Below are positions 1 to 16,576 of a DNA stretch of 64,000 bases, one piece after another (position 1 is the stretch's first letter; the number at the start of each line of letters is the position of its first letter). The stretch lies in assembly GCF_009914755.1 (NCBI RefSeq), contig NC_060930.1, one strand, 5' to 3'. Both the position numbers and the translations under genes were made by a program. This stretch comes from the human T2T-CHM13v2.0 reference genome, Homo sapiens. Below the pieces are notes generated by a model. It ran no database searches. It worked only from the letters and a program-made list of their open reading frames with translations, and was not told the DNA's origin.

Positions 1-1255
<1,255 letters not shown>

Positions 1256-1284
1256 AGCCTGGCACTATCTGATAGGCCTTGGTG

Positions 1285-1715
1285 TTCTATTGAACATAAA
1301 CCACGTCACAGAGCACCGATATCAGACAGGGCCACTCTGTGACCACAATGGGTCAGGACAAGAACAAGGCCACTCAGTAATCACGTCTGAACTGGGACCG
1401 AAACAGGAACATTGTTGAAGCCACAAAGATGACCAAACATCCTCCCATGCCGCTAACATGAGGGACTCCTGCTTGGCCACTCACAGCTCTAGCCTCTCTT
1501 CATTCCTTCCACCTTTTAGATAAGATCCATTAACAGCATCAAATCCAGAACAAAGCCCCACTTCCATGAACCTCTCCCCAACATGATCTAACACAAGCAC
1601 AAATCCTCTAATCAGTCCATTCCAGGTTCCTAACAGATGCTGCAGTTCTTCATGGCGTGTTCTATCTCTCGCAACTTGCTCGAGTACAAGTGTGTTCCTT
1701 GGACTGGAAGGCATT
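1285..1715. mobile_element. LTR-like element (possibly ERVL class)
   Basis: Repeated ggccactc motifs and LTR-like composition; family not determined. Confidence 0.35.
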
Positions 1716-2480
1716 GATAATCCAAACAATATATAAACACATATGGAAAATCCTTGCTCAGCTCTAATCTCCTTACATAGCGTTTCCCACCCTATACTCA
1801 ATTCTTTTTACTAATTTCTTGTGAATTCTTTTTTTGTTTTTATAGCAAATGCAAGAAAGTTAAGGTATATTCTTTTATCCCCTTGCCTTTCTCTTACAAA
1901 ATACAATTGTGGTAAAACACATGTAACAAAATTTAGCATTCTAACCATTATTAAGGGTACAGTTCAGTCTATTCGCATTGTTGTGTAGCTAATCCCCTGA
2001 ACTCATTTCATCTTGTAAAACTGAAGCTCTATACTCATTATTTTTAAGTAAAATATGTGTCTAATAAAATTAACCCTTTGTTAGTATTGAGTTTTATGAG
2101 TTTTGACAGATACAGTCATGTAACTACTACCACAATCGAGATATATAACAATACCATTGCCTCCCACCAAAAAAAAAAAAAAAAAAAATTCCCGCATGCC
2201 CCTTTTTAATCACTCCTCCCCTTTCTGGCAACCACCGTTATATTTTCTGCCCCCACAGTTTTGTTGGACAATCAGTGTCATTGTTCCAAATGTTGTCTTT
2301 CTCTGTGTTTGTTTTCTTTTTATAAAATTCCTCAGGTATAGACAAAGATTTACTGAATGTGCCTTAAGATCCACGAGTTTCTGTGACACGATGTTATCTT
2401 AATACTATTGTCACAGTACACTTCTTTCCTTCAGAATTTAGTTCTCAGTTAGAAATTACATTCTCACAGAAACTACTTTG

Positions 2481-2773
2481 GGCTGGGCATGGTGGCTCAT
2501 GCTTGTAATCCCAGCACTTCGGGAGGCCTAGGTGGGTGGATGGCTTGAGCTCAGGAGATCAAGACCAGCCTGGCCAACATGGTGAAACCCTGTCTCTACC
2601 AAAAATACAAAAATTAGCCGGGCATGGTGGCGCGTGCCTGTAGTCCCAGCTACTGGGGAGGATGGGGTGGGAGGATCGCTGGAGCCCAGGAAGTCAAGGC
2701 TGTAGTGGGCCGTGATCACGCCACTGCACTCCAGCCTGGGTGACAGAGTGAGACCCTGTCTGAAATAAAAGAA
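2481..2773 (+). mobile_element. Alu
   Basis: ggctgggcatggtggctca... with decayed TSD agaaact(gt)actttg. Confidence 0.93.
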
Positions 2774-2826
2774 AGAAACTGTACTTTGACCGCAAGTTGA
2801 GAGACTAGTGGTGGTTTTCATACCTT

Positions 2827-3160
<334 letters not shown>

Positions 3161-3217
3161 TGAAAAGCAGCAAGTTTTCAAATGAATTCTCATATTTAAC
3201 CCTTTCTTGTGCATTTT

Positions 3218-3389
3218 AGTGGTCCTCAAACTTGAGTAGTTACTAGAATCACCTGGAAATAGATGATGGGGTCCACCCCCAGAGTTTCTGATTCAGCAGC
3301 TCTGAGGTGGAACCAGAGGCTGCATTTCTAACAAGATTTCAGGTGATGGCGACGCTGCTGGTCTAGGGAACACGCTTTGAGAAGCACTG
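3218..3389. mobile_element. MER5A-like hAT MITE
   Basis: agtggtcctcaaactt...gaatcacctgg...tgcatttctaacaag...ctttgagaagcactg. Confidence 0.75.
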
Positions 3390-3667
3390 CTCCAAGGCAC
3401 CTCTGCACCTCTAGGAGCACTTGAGAACACAAACGGAAAACAGCCAGTTCAGAGGATGATCTGTTACTAAAGATTTTTTAAAGGACATTCGTGTATGTGT
3501 GCGTGTGGGTATAATATAATATACATGATGCGTTTCTGTAATATATAAAATATAAATATTTATACATATTTCCATATATAAAAATATTTGCTGATTGTTT
3601 CTACACTATTTGTTTTTGTGATTTTTCTAAAGCCCGCCTCAAGCATTAGAACTACAGACAAACCCTG

Positions 3668-3782
3668 ATGCGACCTCTCCAGATTGTCCCAAGTCGATTG
3701 ATTTCCCAGCTATATTGTGGCCTGAAGCCTCCAGCGTCCACACGAAACCAGATTTGCCTGAAAATGGCTCGGCCAAGTTCAA
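3668..3782 (+). CDS. SIRT5: SIRT5 coding exon 1 (mitochondrial presequence region); exon begins at 3633
   Basis: [38 protein letters not shown]; acceptor ctaaag|3633, donor 3782|gtaagt; 115 nt. Confidence 0.97.
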
Positions 3783-3872
3783 GTAAGTCATTTTACCCAT
3801 TGCCTCACCTGCAGCCAAATGTGAAGTACCTGAAAGTCCTACACTTCGAGAGGAATGTCTCTGTCAAATTAG

Positions 3873-4204
<332 letters not shown>

Positions 4205-4485
4205 TGTCCTCTTCTCTTTTAGGTAATCCCTTCTAGGGCACCTTCAGAGCCTATCTCCTTAATACTCAAGTCCATCTAGGACATTTTGTTGCTTCTGCCA
4301 GAATATTTGCATTTAAGCTTTTTACACGTTTTGTACTATAAAATCCTTATCTCTCTGCAGGGGAGGAAAACTGGTGATTGTCCTATAGGGCAGTATGAGG
4401 TTAAATTTTCTCCTGGACAGAAATACTTTGCAGCTCTACCTGGCAAAAACCTACAAATTAACCTGTCTGGGCCCTTAGTCTATAG

Positions 4486-4651
4486 TGAACTCAGAAGAAG
4501 AGTAGGCTTTTTCCTCTCTGGCTCCATTCATGTTTTGGCAGCACAAGGCTGAGAGAAATTAAGACGGTCACGGTGGAACAGAACAGAGGCCTCAGAAATA
4601 ACACTACACATCTACAACCATCTGATCTTTGACAAACCTGACAAAAACAAG
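4486..4651. repeat. 166-bp inverted copy of 6067-6232 (L1 5' junction plus flank)
   Basis: Base-by-base reverse-complement comparison shows 4 mismatches and no gaps. Confidence 0.95.
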
Positions 4652-4757
4652 CAGCCTATCTCTGGAAGGGATGTGAGTTCAGGTAGAGCTTTAGTGTGAT
4701 TGGTGGGGTAGTTGGGTTGGTTGCAACCTGACGAGAATGGCGTGTTGTGACCGTCTT

Positions 4758-6144
<1,387 letters not shown>

Positions 6145-7886
6145 CCGTGACTGTCTTAATTTCTCTCAGCCTTGTGCTGCCAAAACATGAATGGAGCCAG
6201 AGAGGAAAAAGCCTATTCTTCTTCTGAATTCATTTTTACCAGGAGTCCATGGTAGGGAAGAGAGGAAGGGAAGGGGAGGAGGGGTTGAGCCCTTATTGAC
6301 AGTCTCTATCCTAGGCTGGGCATAGTGTGTGGCTCTGGGCTTATGAGGATGAGTAAGTTCCATCCCTGCTTAGAGGGAGTCAACCATACATGAGAAACCA
6401 GTAGGATGCCCCTTATGGCTGGGATACAGAATGAGGCCACGTTCCCTTTAATATTTAAGCTCACCATCTCTGAGCCCCCATCCCACTATGTTTCTTCCTT
6501 GCCTGCTTCCTGCCTGTCCCTGGTTCCATCTGTCAGGGGAGGGTTAGCCTCCCCTCATTCATTCAGTCCAAGGGTTAGCCTTGGTTGCCATTTCCTCAAG
6601 AGAGGAAGGCCAGGGAGCCTGCTTAGTCAGCTGAGGAATTCAGCTCCACATTTGCTGGAATTCTTAGTGCTTTAACACAGGGTGGCCATCCTTGGAAGAT
6701 CTCCATATCCAGGGTGGGGCATTCCCGGCTTCAGTATCTTAGGCCTGCAGCAGGCAGTGAGGTACAGCACTCGCTTCTCCAGGGGGAGGGCAGAAAAGGG
6801 GCTCTCTGTTCTCCTCCTGGCAGCGTATGTTCAGTGTTGTACCCCTTAATTCTGGCTTTCCAGGGCCACAGCGCTTACCTTACAAGGGCCTGCAGAGCTG
6901 CGGTGCCTAGGAGAGAAGCAGAAACAAGCTGTGTCCCCAGCTGACCTCCCTTTCCCAGTTTCTGCTGCCCAAGAGAAACAGTGGCAGCTTCCCCCATCAT
7001 GAGTTCCAAGTCTGGCTCCTGCTTCTTGTCCTAGGATGAGGACATTTGTTTCAGGGGAAAAAAATCCCACCTTGTGATCCACGTAAAGTGCTTGGCATAG
7101 CACTTGGGGTGCAGGGAGCCCTCACCACCATAGCTGCTGTCCCTGTGGGTCTGTGTTCAGGCAGGAGAACTGCCTGGAGTTGCAGGACGGGAGGGCAAGC
7201 CATGGTCTGTGTCCACAATTACTTCCTCTCGTGTTATTCTCTGTCTTCAGTTCCCTTTGCTACCCCAAGTCTCTGGCAGTGTCCTGTTGAAAAGTTTGGC
7301 TCTTATTTGACTTGTCAAGAAGAAGGCCATGTGTCCTCAAATAAGACCCTTGCCCTCACCTTCAGTCGCTGTGCTGAGGGAAGCTGAAATTAGCAAGATC
7401 CCCAAAGGGAAGGTGAACTGGGGGAGGAAGGGTAGGCTTTGGGGTCCAGTGGGCCTCAACTCAGCACTCACACAAACATACAGGCTTGTTTTTACTTTTA
7501 TGAAGGAAGATGGATTCCTTCCCACTAGGCTTTTTTTAATCTTCGTAACATGCCTGCTCTAGGGAAGGCACTACTGTGCACCTCAAAGAGCCAAGGACAG
7601 TGAGGATGGAGAAAGGTACGTAACTTATGTAAGATCACACATTTGTGTGGGAGGCAGAGCTGCGGTGCAGAGCCGGCTGTGTGTGCCCAAAGCCCCTGCT
7701 GCTTTAAAATATTGTACACTCACCCAGCAGGTCACATGGGGATGGTGTTTTCATGGTACAGGAATGATGTTTGTTTATCTTAAAGTATAACTTCACACTA
7801 GGTCAAGTTTCAAGATACAGACAATTGATATGGGATACAAATGTCCAAACTGTACACTGGATTGATAAAGATTTCACTCTGTTTAG

Positions 7887-8020
7887 GTATGGCAGATTTT
7901 CGAAAGTTTTTTGCAAAAGCAAAGCACATAGTCATCATCTCAGGAGCTGGTGTTAGTGCAGAAAGTGGTGTTCCGACCTTCAGAGGAGCTGGAGGTTATT
8001 GGAGAAAATGGCAAGCCCAG
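7887..8020 (+). CDS. SIRT5: SIRT5 coding exon 2 (NAD-binding GAGVSAESG / TFRG)
   Basis: tttag|gtatg ... cccag|gtttgt; [45 protein letters not shown]; 134 nt, frame consistent. Confidence 0.98.
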
Positions 8021-8585
8021 GTTTGTAAAGTTTCCAGAACATTAAAAGCCTCTGTCGAATGAAACCATAACAGAGTTTGACTCAAATCCTATACCGATCC
8101 CCGAAACCCCAGGGAAATGGTTTTTAAGTGAACTGTGACCCTATTGTCTCATTGATTTTGGCATAAACACAAAGTTTCTATGATTAAGATCAAAATTTAA
8201 GCAAGGCTGCCACGTTCCTTCCTAGATAGGTGTGGATTGCATTTATTCAGGTAACAGTTTCTCCTAATAATTGTGTTAAAGTGAAATCAGAAGACCTTGG
8301 TTAGCATCATTCATTACTTTATTCTAAAATTATTGAACTCAAGTATGACACATAAAGTTTCTGTGAACTTTTCATGTTAAAACTAATGTCAGTTATTGAA
8401 GGGTTAGGATTTGATATTCAAAAATTTATAGGAAGCCCTTCAGAATGTAAGTTCTGTGAAGGTGCGGATTTTTTTAATTCAATTTTTATTGAGATCTAAT
8501 ATACATAAAGTAAAAGTCACCAGTTTTAAGTGTACAATTTAATGAGTTTTAACAAATGGACATAGTTGTATAGCCAGCACCATAA

Positions 8586-9085
<500 letters not shown>

Positions 9086-9974
9086 TAAATACTGCAATAC
9101 ATGTCTTCCATGGTTAGTAGCTCATTTCTCATTGAATGCAGAGTTCATGAAGCTGCCCCTTCCTTCTTCTGAACATCTGAGCCTGGCAGATGTTTCGGTG
9201 TTTTGCCTCCTGCCTGCTGCCATCTGGGTGAAGGGTGGGGGTCATTACCTTAAAGGTGAAGTGGGGAGAAAGGAGAGCAGAGAACATTAGGGGCCAGCAA
9301 GAAAGAGGGGCCACTGGGCATTCCCTGGATTAGCAGCAGCAGAGGGTGGGAGGTCAGAGGGTGCGGGAGGAGCTCGGAGGAGGGGCGCTTAGTTGCGTCC
9401 GAAAAGGCTCAGAGTTTGCAGACAAAGCAAAGAAGTCAGTAGAATGTATTTGACTCCAACACCCTTCCAGGGACGCCTGTGGACATATTCCTGTGCCACC
9501 TATAAACTGCTCCAGGCCATGTGTTCTAGGTGAAGAGCAGGGTCGGTGTGGGTCAACCTCTCACGTGGCAAAGGCTGGCATTACCACTAAGCAGAGGGGC
9601 CTTTACGGTAGAATGAAATGCACATGTGTTCAATGTAGGAAGTGTCTCCTTGATAAAGAAGCCATATTTCTTTTTAAAATTAATGTTATTGAGGCAGAAT
9701 TTCCTTAGAATAAAATGCACCCATGTGCATTGTGTGTACAGTTTGATGAGTTTTAACAGGTGCATGCAACTGCGTAACACCCCCACCTCCACTATCAAGA
9801 AACAGAATGTTTCAGTCATCCCTGAAAGTTCCCTGTGCCTTTCCCTGCCAGCTCCCAGCCCCAGACAACCCCTACTCGGCTCCTTTACCAGAAAGGAGGT
9901 TTGTTTCTCCCAGAACCATATTTAAAGTGTATGTATTTTATCTATTCTGTTTATATATAAAATATACACTTTTT

Positions 9975-10750
9975 ATGTGTAGCTGTGTGTGTTTAGTTGT
10001 GTGTGTAGTTGCATGTATGTGTGTAGCTGTGTATATATGTAGATGTGTGTAGTTCTGTGCGTGTAGGTGTGTGTGGTTTTGTGTGTAGGTGTGTGTATGT
10101 AGATGTAATTGTGTGTATATGTTTAGTTGTGTGTGTATTAACAGATATGTGTAGTTATGTGTATGTTGTGTGTATGTATGTTGTGTAATTGTGTATGTTT
10201 AGTTGTGTGTGTGCAGTTGTGTGTATGTAGATGTGTGTAGTTGTGTATGTAGATATGTGTGTATGTTTAGTTGTGGGTGTAGTTGTGTATGTAGTTGTGT
10301 GTATGTACAGTTGTGTGTATGTAGATGTGTGTATATGTTTAGTTGTGTGTATGTAGTTGTGTGTGTGTGTAGTTGTGTGTGTGTTTAGCTGTGTGTAGTG
10401 CATGTGTGCAGTTGTGTGTGTATGTAGACGTGTGTAGTTTGTGTAGCAGCATGTGTGTTTAGCTATGTGTGTGCAGTTTATATGTAGATGTGTGTAGTTG
10501 TGTGTGTTTAGTTTGTGTGTGTAGTTGTATGTTTAGTTGTGTGTATAGTTGTGTGGATGTAGATGTGTGTAGTTGTGTGTGTATCTTTAGTGTGTGTAGT
10601 ATATGTAGTTGTGTGTGTGTCTAGTTGTGTGTATGTGTGTGCAGTTGTGTGTGTGTAGATATGTGTAGTGTGTATGTATATTGAGTTGTGTGTGTTTAGT
10701 TGTGTGTAGATGTGCGTGTATGTAGATGTGTACTTGTGTGTGTGTGTATA
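9975..10750. repeat. Degenerate (TG)-rich tandem repeat, about 775 bp
   Basis: Recurring gtagttgtgtgt / atgtagatgtgt units. Confidence 0.95.
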
Positions 10751-10899
10751 GCCATAGCTATAGTTACAAAAACTGAGTTTCTCACCCATGGTCATTAGAG
10801 CTCAATGGGCATTTTGCATTTCATGCTTTCCCTGGGTGTAGGTCAAAATGAGATCCACTTCGTGTGTTTTAGAGCTGCATGAAAAAGGGGATTCGACCC

Positions 10900-11100
10900 A
10901 AAATACCTTCCTGCATGTTCCTTTACTTCATCTTCACTACTTACTTGGGAGGTAGATGGGACAGGTTGCATCATCCCTGTTTTGTCACTAAGGAAATTGA
11001 CTGATTTCTCCAAGGTCCCTGGGCAGTCCCAGGATGGGGACGTAGGCTGGTACCCAGACCCTGCCTGGCATCTGCCATGTTGTTTGAACATAGTGCTGCC
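10900..11100. mobile_element. MIR-like SINE fragment
   Basis: catcatccctgttttgtcactaaggaaattgactga...ccaaggtc. Confidence 0.5.
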
Positions 11101-11224
11101 ATCTCCAGCCTGCACCTTCCCGACGCTGCCTGTCTCTGCCTTAGGGAGGAAGGGCCTGTGCCCCAGGGTTCAGCATCCTGGCTGTCTCTGCCTCCCTCAC
11201 TCCTGCCTCCTCTCCCACTCCCAG

Positions 11225-11450
11225 GACCTGGCGACTCCCCTGGCCTTTGCCCACAACCCGTCCCGGGTGTGGGAGTTCTACCACTACCGGCGGGAGGTCA
11301 TGGGGAGCAAGGAGCCCAACGCCGGGCACCGCGCCATAGCCGAGTGTGAGACCCGGCTGGGCAAGCAGGGCCGGCGAGTCGTGGTCATCACCCAGAACAT
11401 CGATGAGCTGCACCGCAAGGCTGGCACCAAGAACCTTCTGGAGATCCATG
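11225..11450 (+). CDS. SIRT5: SIRT5 coding exon 3 (YHYRR acyl-specificity residues, QNID, catalytic His)
   Basis: cccag|gacctg ... catg|gtgaga; [23 protein letters not shown]...[20 protein letters not shown]; 226 nt. Confidence 0.98.
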
Positions 11451-11689
11451 GTGAGAGATCCCCAGCCTCCCATTCAGGGAACCAGCTTTAAAACACCTGT
11501 CCTGCTGTTTCAGCATCACCTCTGGTGCCTTCCCTCCCTCCCTGCTGGACATCCGTCCTGTCCTATAGGATGCTGTGGCATTTCCTTTGGGGACATGTTA
11601 GTGTCCCGTGGCACCTGGGCAGCTGCCTTTGGCCATGGGAGGAGCCCCTGACCCACTAACATTATTCACTTAGCAGTTCCTCCATCCTC

Positions 11690-11850
11690 GCTGCTCAGGG
11701 TGGTCTAAGAGCCAGCAACATTTGGCGTCCCCCAAGAACTTGTTAAAAATGCAGAATCTCAGGCCCCATAGGCCCCACTGAATCAGAATCTGCATTTTCC
11801 CATGAGCCCAGGTGGCTGGCGTGCTTTTTATACTGGAGGAACGCTGGGGT
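11690..11850. mobile_element. MER5-like hAT MITE
   Basis: cttgttaaaaatgcagaatctcaggcccc...gaatcagaatctgcatttt. Confidence 0.7.
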
Positions 11851-12020
11851 GCACAGCTGCGTGACCCTTTCCTCTGTGGAGGGGCACGGTACTGTGAGAC
11901 AATGGCCTCAATGAGCTGAGGAATAAGAGGCCTGGCCCATTGGACAGCTGGGGCTTGAGCAGGAGCAGACTGCAGCATCTTGGGGTCTCCTGTCACTCCC
12001 CCTTCATCCTGGTGGGCACT

Positions 12021-12224
12021 CCCCACTGAGGCTGTGCTTCTGCCCCGCCCTGGAGCCTCAGAGAGCTGCCAGCTCAGTGCTGGACACTGCACCAAGCCCA
12101 CCAAGCCTGTGATGTCGGTGGACCCCACTGAGGCTGTGCTTCTGCCCTGCCCTGGAGCCTCAGGGAGCTGCCAGCTCAGTGCTGGACACTGCACCAAACC
12201 CACCAAGCCTATGATGTCGGTGGA
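12021..12224. repeat. Tandem duplication, 2 x 102 bp
   Basis: ccccactgaggctgtgctt...gatgtcggtgga at 12021 and 12123; 4 mismatches. Confidence 0.95.
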
Positions 12225-12454
12225 GTTTGTCTTGGGTCCCTCTGGGCTCCTTCCTCTGTCCTGGGTAACCCCTCACCCCTTCACTCTTGTCTTCTGGCTC
12301 CTCCCTTCTTTGCTGTCACCACAAATCTAAAACATCCACTTGTCCACAGTCATAATGGGCAAACTAGGGTTTCCCCCAAGGCCATTTGCATTTAAAGAGT
12401 CTGCATTCAAATCCAAGGAATGCATTTCTTATTTTTTTAAGCATTTATTTCTCT

Positions 12455-12783
<329 letters not shown>

Positions 12784-13199
12784 TAAGTGTAGCATTTCCA
12801 GAAGCAGTGCACCAGTCGGGGGTGTTTGTTTTTGCGTGTGTGTGGTGAAGCTGCCTGCTTTTACTTAGATCACCCTGATAAGGAAAGCGAGGCACTACTC
12901 ATTTCGACTGTGTCTGTCTTTTGTTCATCAGGAACAGCCAGCCACCTATTAACCGAGCATCTTTTTGGTACCTACATCTGCTGGGTCTGAGCCACTTTCC
13001 ATGTGCCTCTGCTGATTTCCCTGCAGTGTCAGAATGTGGGCTATGTCATCAGCATAAAACCGAGATGACAATGCCTATCTTATAGAATTGTTGTCGGGAT
13101 TAAATAAGATCATATATGTGTGTTAGTCAGGACTTTTTAAAATTTCAAACGATGAGAACTCTCTTCTAACTTAGGTTAAAAAAAATCAATGGCATCTTC

Positions 13200-13900
13200 A
13201 GTCTGATGAAGGGTTTTTTTTAAGATGCATCATGTTTTTAATGTGGCATTTAGAATATAATCTGCCTAAACCATGATATACTATTTTATTATCCCTTAGA
13301 ATTATTCTATACTTAGAGAAAGAGCTTGTTAAAACTTAGACACGTTCTTTAGAAATTATATCTTTCCAGGCATACATAAAGTATGAGTATGATAAACTGG
13401 TCCAAATATTTCTCATTATCTAGCTCTTCTAAATGATTCTGAGTGACTCAGAGCACGGATGTCTGTGTTTTCCATGCAGTTTCATGCTCTGTGTCTCGGG
13501 AGATGGATGATGCAGCGTTTCCTGAGAGAATGCCCCTCTGTTATAGCTGGGATTCTCATCCAAGCTCCTGACACACCTTCCGCAAGTTCGCTATTGGGCC
13601 TGACATGTTCTTACCAAAAGGCATCAGTGGAAAGGCTGTAGACAACAGCCAAAACTTGCTTTCCTTCCTGAAGTGGCCCTTGAAGGGTTTGTTGGCGGAA
13701 GGATCCAGGGGCTGAATCTGCCCGGTCAGGCCACGGAGAATAACAACAAAGTCACCCCATTTTTCAGTGTTCTCCTTCAACAAGTCTGTGCAAGCATGAT
13801 GATGATGTTACAGTCTCATCTGGCCAGTAGCAATTGTAGGACACATCTGAATTTCAGAGATGTGAAAATGGGGAAAAATGTCTATGCTAAAACTGACAAA
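13200..13900 (-). mobile_element. Tc1/mariner (pogo/Tc2-type) DNA transposon fossil
   Basis: Minus ORF 13556-13783 contains GLTGQIQPLDPSANKPFKGHFRKE, the pogo-family DDE QPLD..NKPFK motif. Confidence 0.75.
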
Positions 13901-14785
13901 GTAGGTTTATTGGCTCACAAAACTGAGGAGCCTAGTGGTGCAGCTTATGTCATCTTTCCTCCCGGCCCCTGTCCCCCTCCTTCTTTCAGCTTTGCTCACT
14001 CTTTGAGGTGGCCTCCCTTCTCTCTCTGCAATTGATCTGTCTCCACGCGCCAAGGGAGAGTGCCTCCGACGGCTCCAGCTCAGCCACCTGCTCAGAAAAT
14101 AAACCTCTGGGTAGGCTTGCTTGGTCCACACGCCCACCCTTCTGACCAAACACGACTGCAGAGGGATGGACACCACATGGGGGCCGTGCGCAGCATGTGG
14201 CTGAGCTTGTATTTGGGATGTGACCCACAGCCCTATTGGCTCAGCATGCGAGAGAGCAGGGATGGTGCTCCCCAAGGAAGGACTGGTGGGCAGGACGGAG
14301 CAGCGCATGTCCACTAGGGTTGAAAGTGCTCTGCACGGCACCAGTTGCCTGGTACCCATTTCATAAACTGTGGCCACCATGATTGCTTCAGCTCAATAAG
14401 TGGTGGTTAGTATTAACAATTACTTTTTTCACTTATTAGTTGATTACTTATTTATTGAGGTGCTTTTGTATAAAAGATTCAAGCTTTCTGAAATCGAAGT
14501 TAAAATTTTGTAAACATATCCCACGCCATTGAACCTTTGTCAGTCATGTCAATAAATCACGCCCTTAGATTTAGGTTGAGCTCCCTCTACCCTATTGGCA
14601 ACTTCTGCCCACTTGAACACCACTCCAAGGTCATCTGATGGCACATTAGTCATGGAGTTATTTATTTTTCCTCCAGATTATAAAGTCCTTGAGGGCATAT
14701 GCTCTTGACTGGCTTAAGAGTACTGCATGCCTCTGTTTCCCATGAAAGCTAAAGCTAGGGTAGGCCCATTTGCTAAAATGAAGTA

Positions 14786-14930
14786 TGGCTCAGTGTGGCG
14801 GTGCACACCTATAGTCCCAGCTGCTCAGGAGGCAAAGGTGGGAGGATCGCTTGAGCCCATGAGTTGGAAGCTGCAGTGAGCTATGATCGTACTGCTACAC
14901 TCCAGCCTGGGTAACTGGGTGAGACCAAAA
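14786..14930 (+). mobile_element. Alu monomer (FRAM/AluJ right arm)
   Basis: gtcccagctgctcaggagg...ccagcctggg. Confidence 0.8.
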
Positions 14931-15036
14931 CATGAAATGAAGTGTGAAAAATAAAGTATCTTATACCCTTTTAGACATGGAGAAGGTTGCTCTTGATTAT
15001 ACTAAATTCTGGATTTGCTTCATATGTATTTTTCAG

Positions 15037-15124
15037 GTAGCTTATTTAAAACTCGATGTACCTCTTGTGGAGTTGTGGCTGAGAATTACAAGAGTCCAAT
15101 TTGTCCAGCTTTATCAGGAAAAGG
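15037..15124 (+). CDS. SIRT5: SIRT5 coding exon 4 (first Zn-binding CxxC)
   Basis: ttcag|gtagc ... aagg|gtaatt; [29 protein letters not shown]; 88 nt. Confidence 0.97.
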
Positions 15125-15250
15125 GTAATTATACCACACTACAGAATAAGTATAGGTTGTTTTCTCCTTTAGGTTGAACATAAATGTGAGGAAATTGAAC
15201 ATTCATCAAAGATTCCCATGGATATTTATGAGAAATAAGACTAAATACAA

Positions 15251-15580
15251 GGCTGGGTGCAGTGGCTCATGCCTGTAATCCCAGCACTTTGGGGTTACAA
15301 GGTGGGGAGACTGCTTGAGTTCAGGAGTTCAAGACCAGCCTGGGCAACACAGTGAGAAACCTGTCCTACAAAAAAACAAAACAAAACAAAAAACCACAAA
15401 AATTAGCTGGGTGTGGTGGCACATGCCTGTAGTCCCAGCTACTAGGGAGGCTGAGGTGGGAGGGTTATTTGAGCCTGGGAAGTCAAGGCTGCAGTGAGCT
15501 GAGATCATGCCACTGCACTACAGCCTGGGTGACAGAGGGAGACCCTGTCTCAAAAAACAAACAAACAAACAAAAAAACTA
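15251..15580 (+). mobile_element. AluJ-like
   Basis: Sense Alu with (AAAC)n tail. Confidence 0.9.
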
Positions 15581-16051
15581 AATATAGCCATGTGATAAAA
15601 GAAATATTTTGCTCACAACTTACAGTGTTAAGTGAAAACCACAGGGTCCTAAATTTGTACACACAATGAGTTCGTGTATCTGTATATAGTTAAAAGACCA
15701 GAAGAAAATACAACAAAATGTTAATAAGGAATATCAGGAGTGGAGGGATTATGGGTAATTTTTAATTTCTTCTTTATATCTTTCTGAATTTTCCTATATT
15801 TCTATTATGAACATGTACTATTATTACAATGAGGAAAAAATTTGAGGGTAGACACAATATTGAGAAAAATTCCACTCAGCCTTTTAAAAACAGTATAAAT
15901 TGTATAAGGACTATATAATGTCATTGCAGAGGATACAAATGATGATGATGATGATGTATAAAGGTAAACATGAAGTTCCCCCTTGGCACACCCAGCCACT
16001 CCAGCCCTCCCCACACATGCATTCCCTCACTGGCAGTACAACCACTGGTGA

Positions 16052-16345
16052 TTTTTTTTTTTCTGAGACAGGTTCTTGCTCTGTTTCCCAGGCTGGAGTA
16101 CAGTGGCACAATCACACCTTACTGCAGCCTCCAACTCCTGGGCTCGAGCAATCCTCCTGCCTCAGCCTCCCAAGTAGCTAGGACTATAGGCACACATCAC
16201 CACACTCAGCTAATTTTTGTATTTCTGGTAGAAATGCAGTCTTACTGTATTGCCGAGGGTTGTCTTGAACTTCTGGCCTCAAGCAGTCCTCCCACTTTGG
16301 CCTCACCAGATGCTGGGATTACAGGCATGAGCCACTGTGCCCAGC
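16052..16345 (-). mobile_element. AluJ-like
   Basis: Antisense Alu; TSD accactggt(g/a)att. Confidence 0.9.
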
Positions 16346-16522
16346 ACCACTGGTAATTAATGGCTTGGGGTCCTTCCTTCTAATGCCCTTCCAAGTGAGC
16401 ATGTATTAATTAGGAGTTTTATACCACATACTGCCAGGCAAATATACAAACTGAGTTATGTTGTTTCTTTATTTTTTATTATGCCAATAACAATCTTTCT
16501 TTTCTAATATTATTTACTTCAG

Positions 16523-16576
16523 TGCTCCAGAACCTGGAACTCAAGATGCCAGCATCCCAGTTGAGAAACTTCCCCG
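16523..16576 (+). CDS. SIRT5: SIRT5 coding exon 5 (54-nt frame-symmetric exon)
   Basis: ttcag|tgctcc ... cccg|gtaggt; GAPEPGTQDASIPVEKLP. Confidence 0.96.

Noticed and set aside
10155-10795. His/Thr- and Cys/Val-rich ORFs
   Set aside because: Translations of the TG-rich repeat.
11670-12330. 178-aa and 116-aa ORFs with internal 34-aa repeats
   Set aside because: Explained by the 102-bp tandem duplication (a multiple of 3) and a MER5 element.
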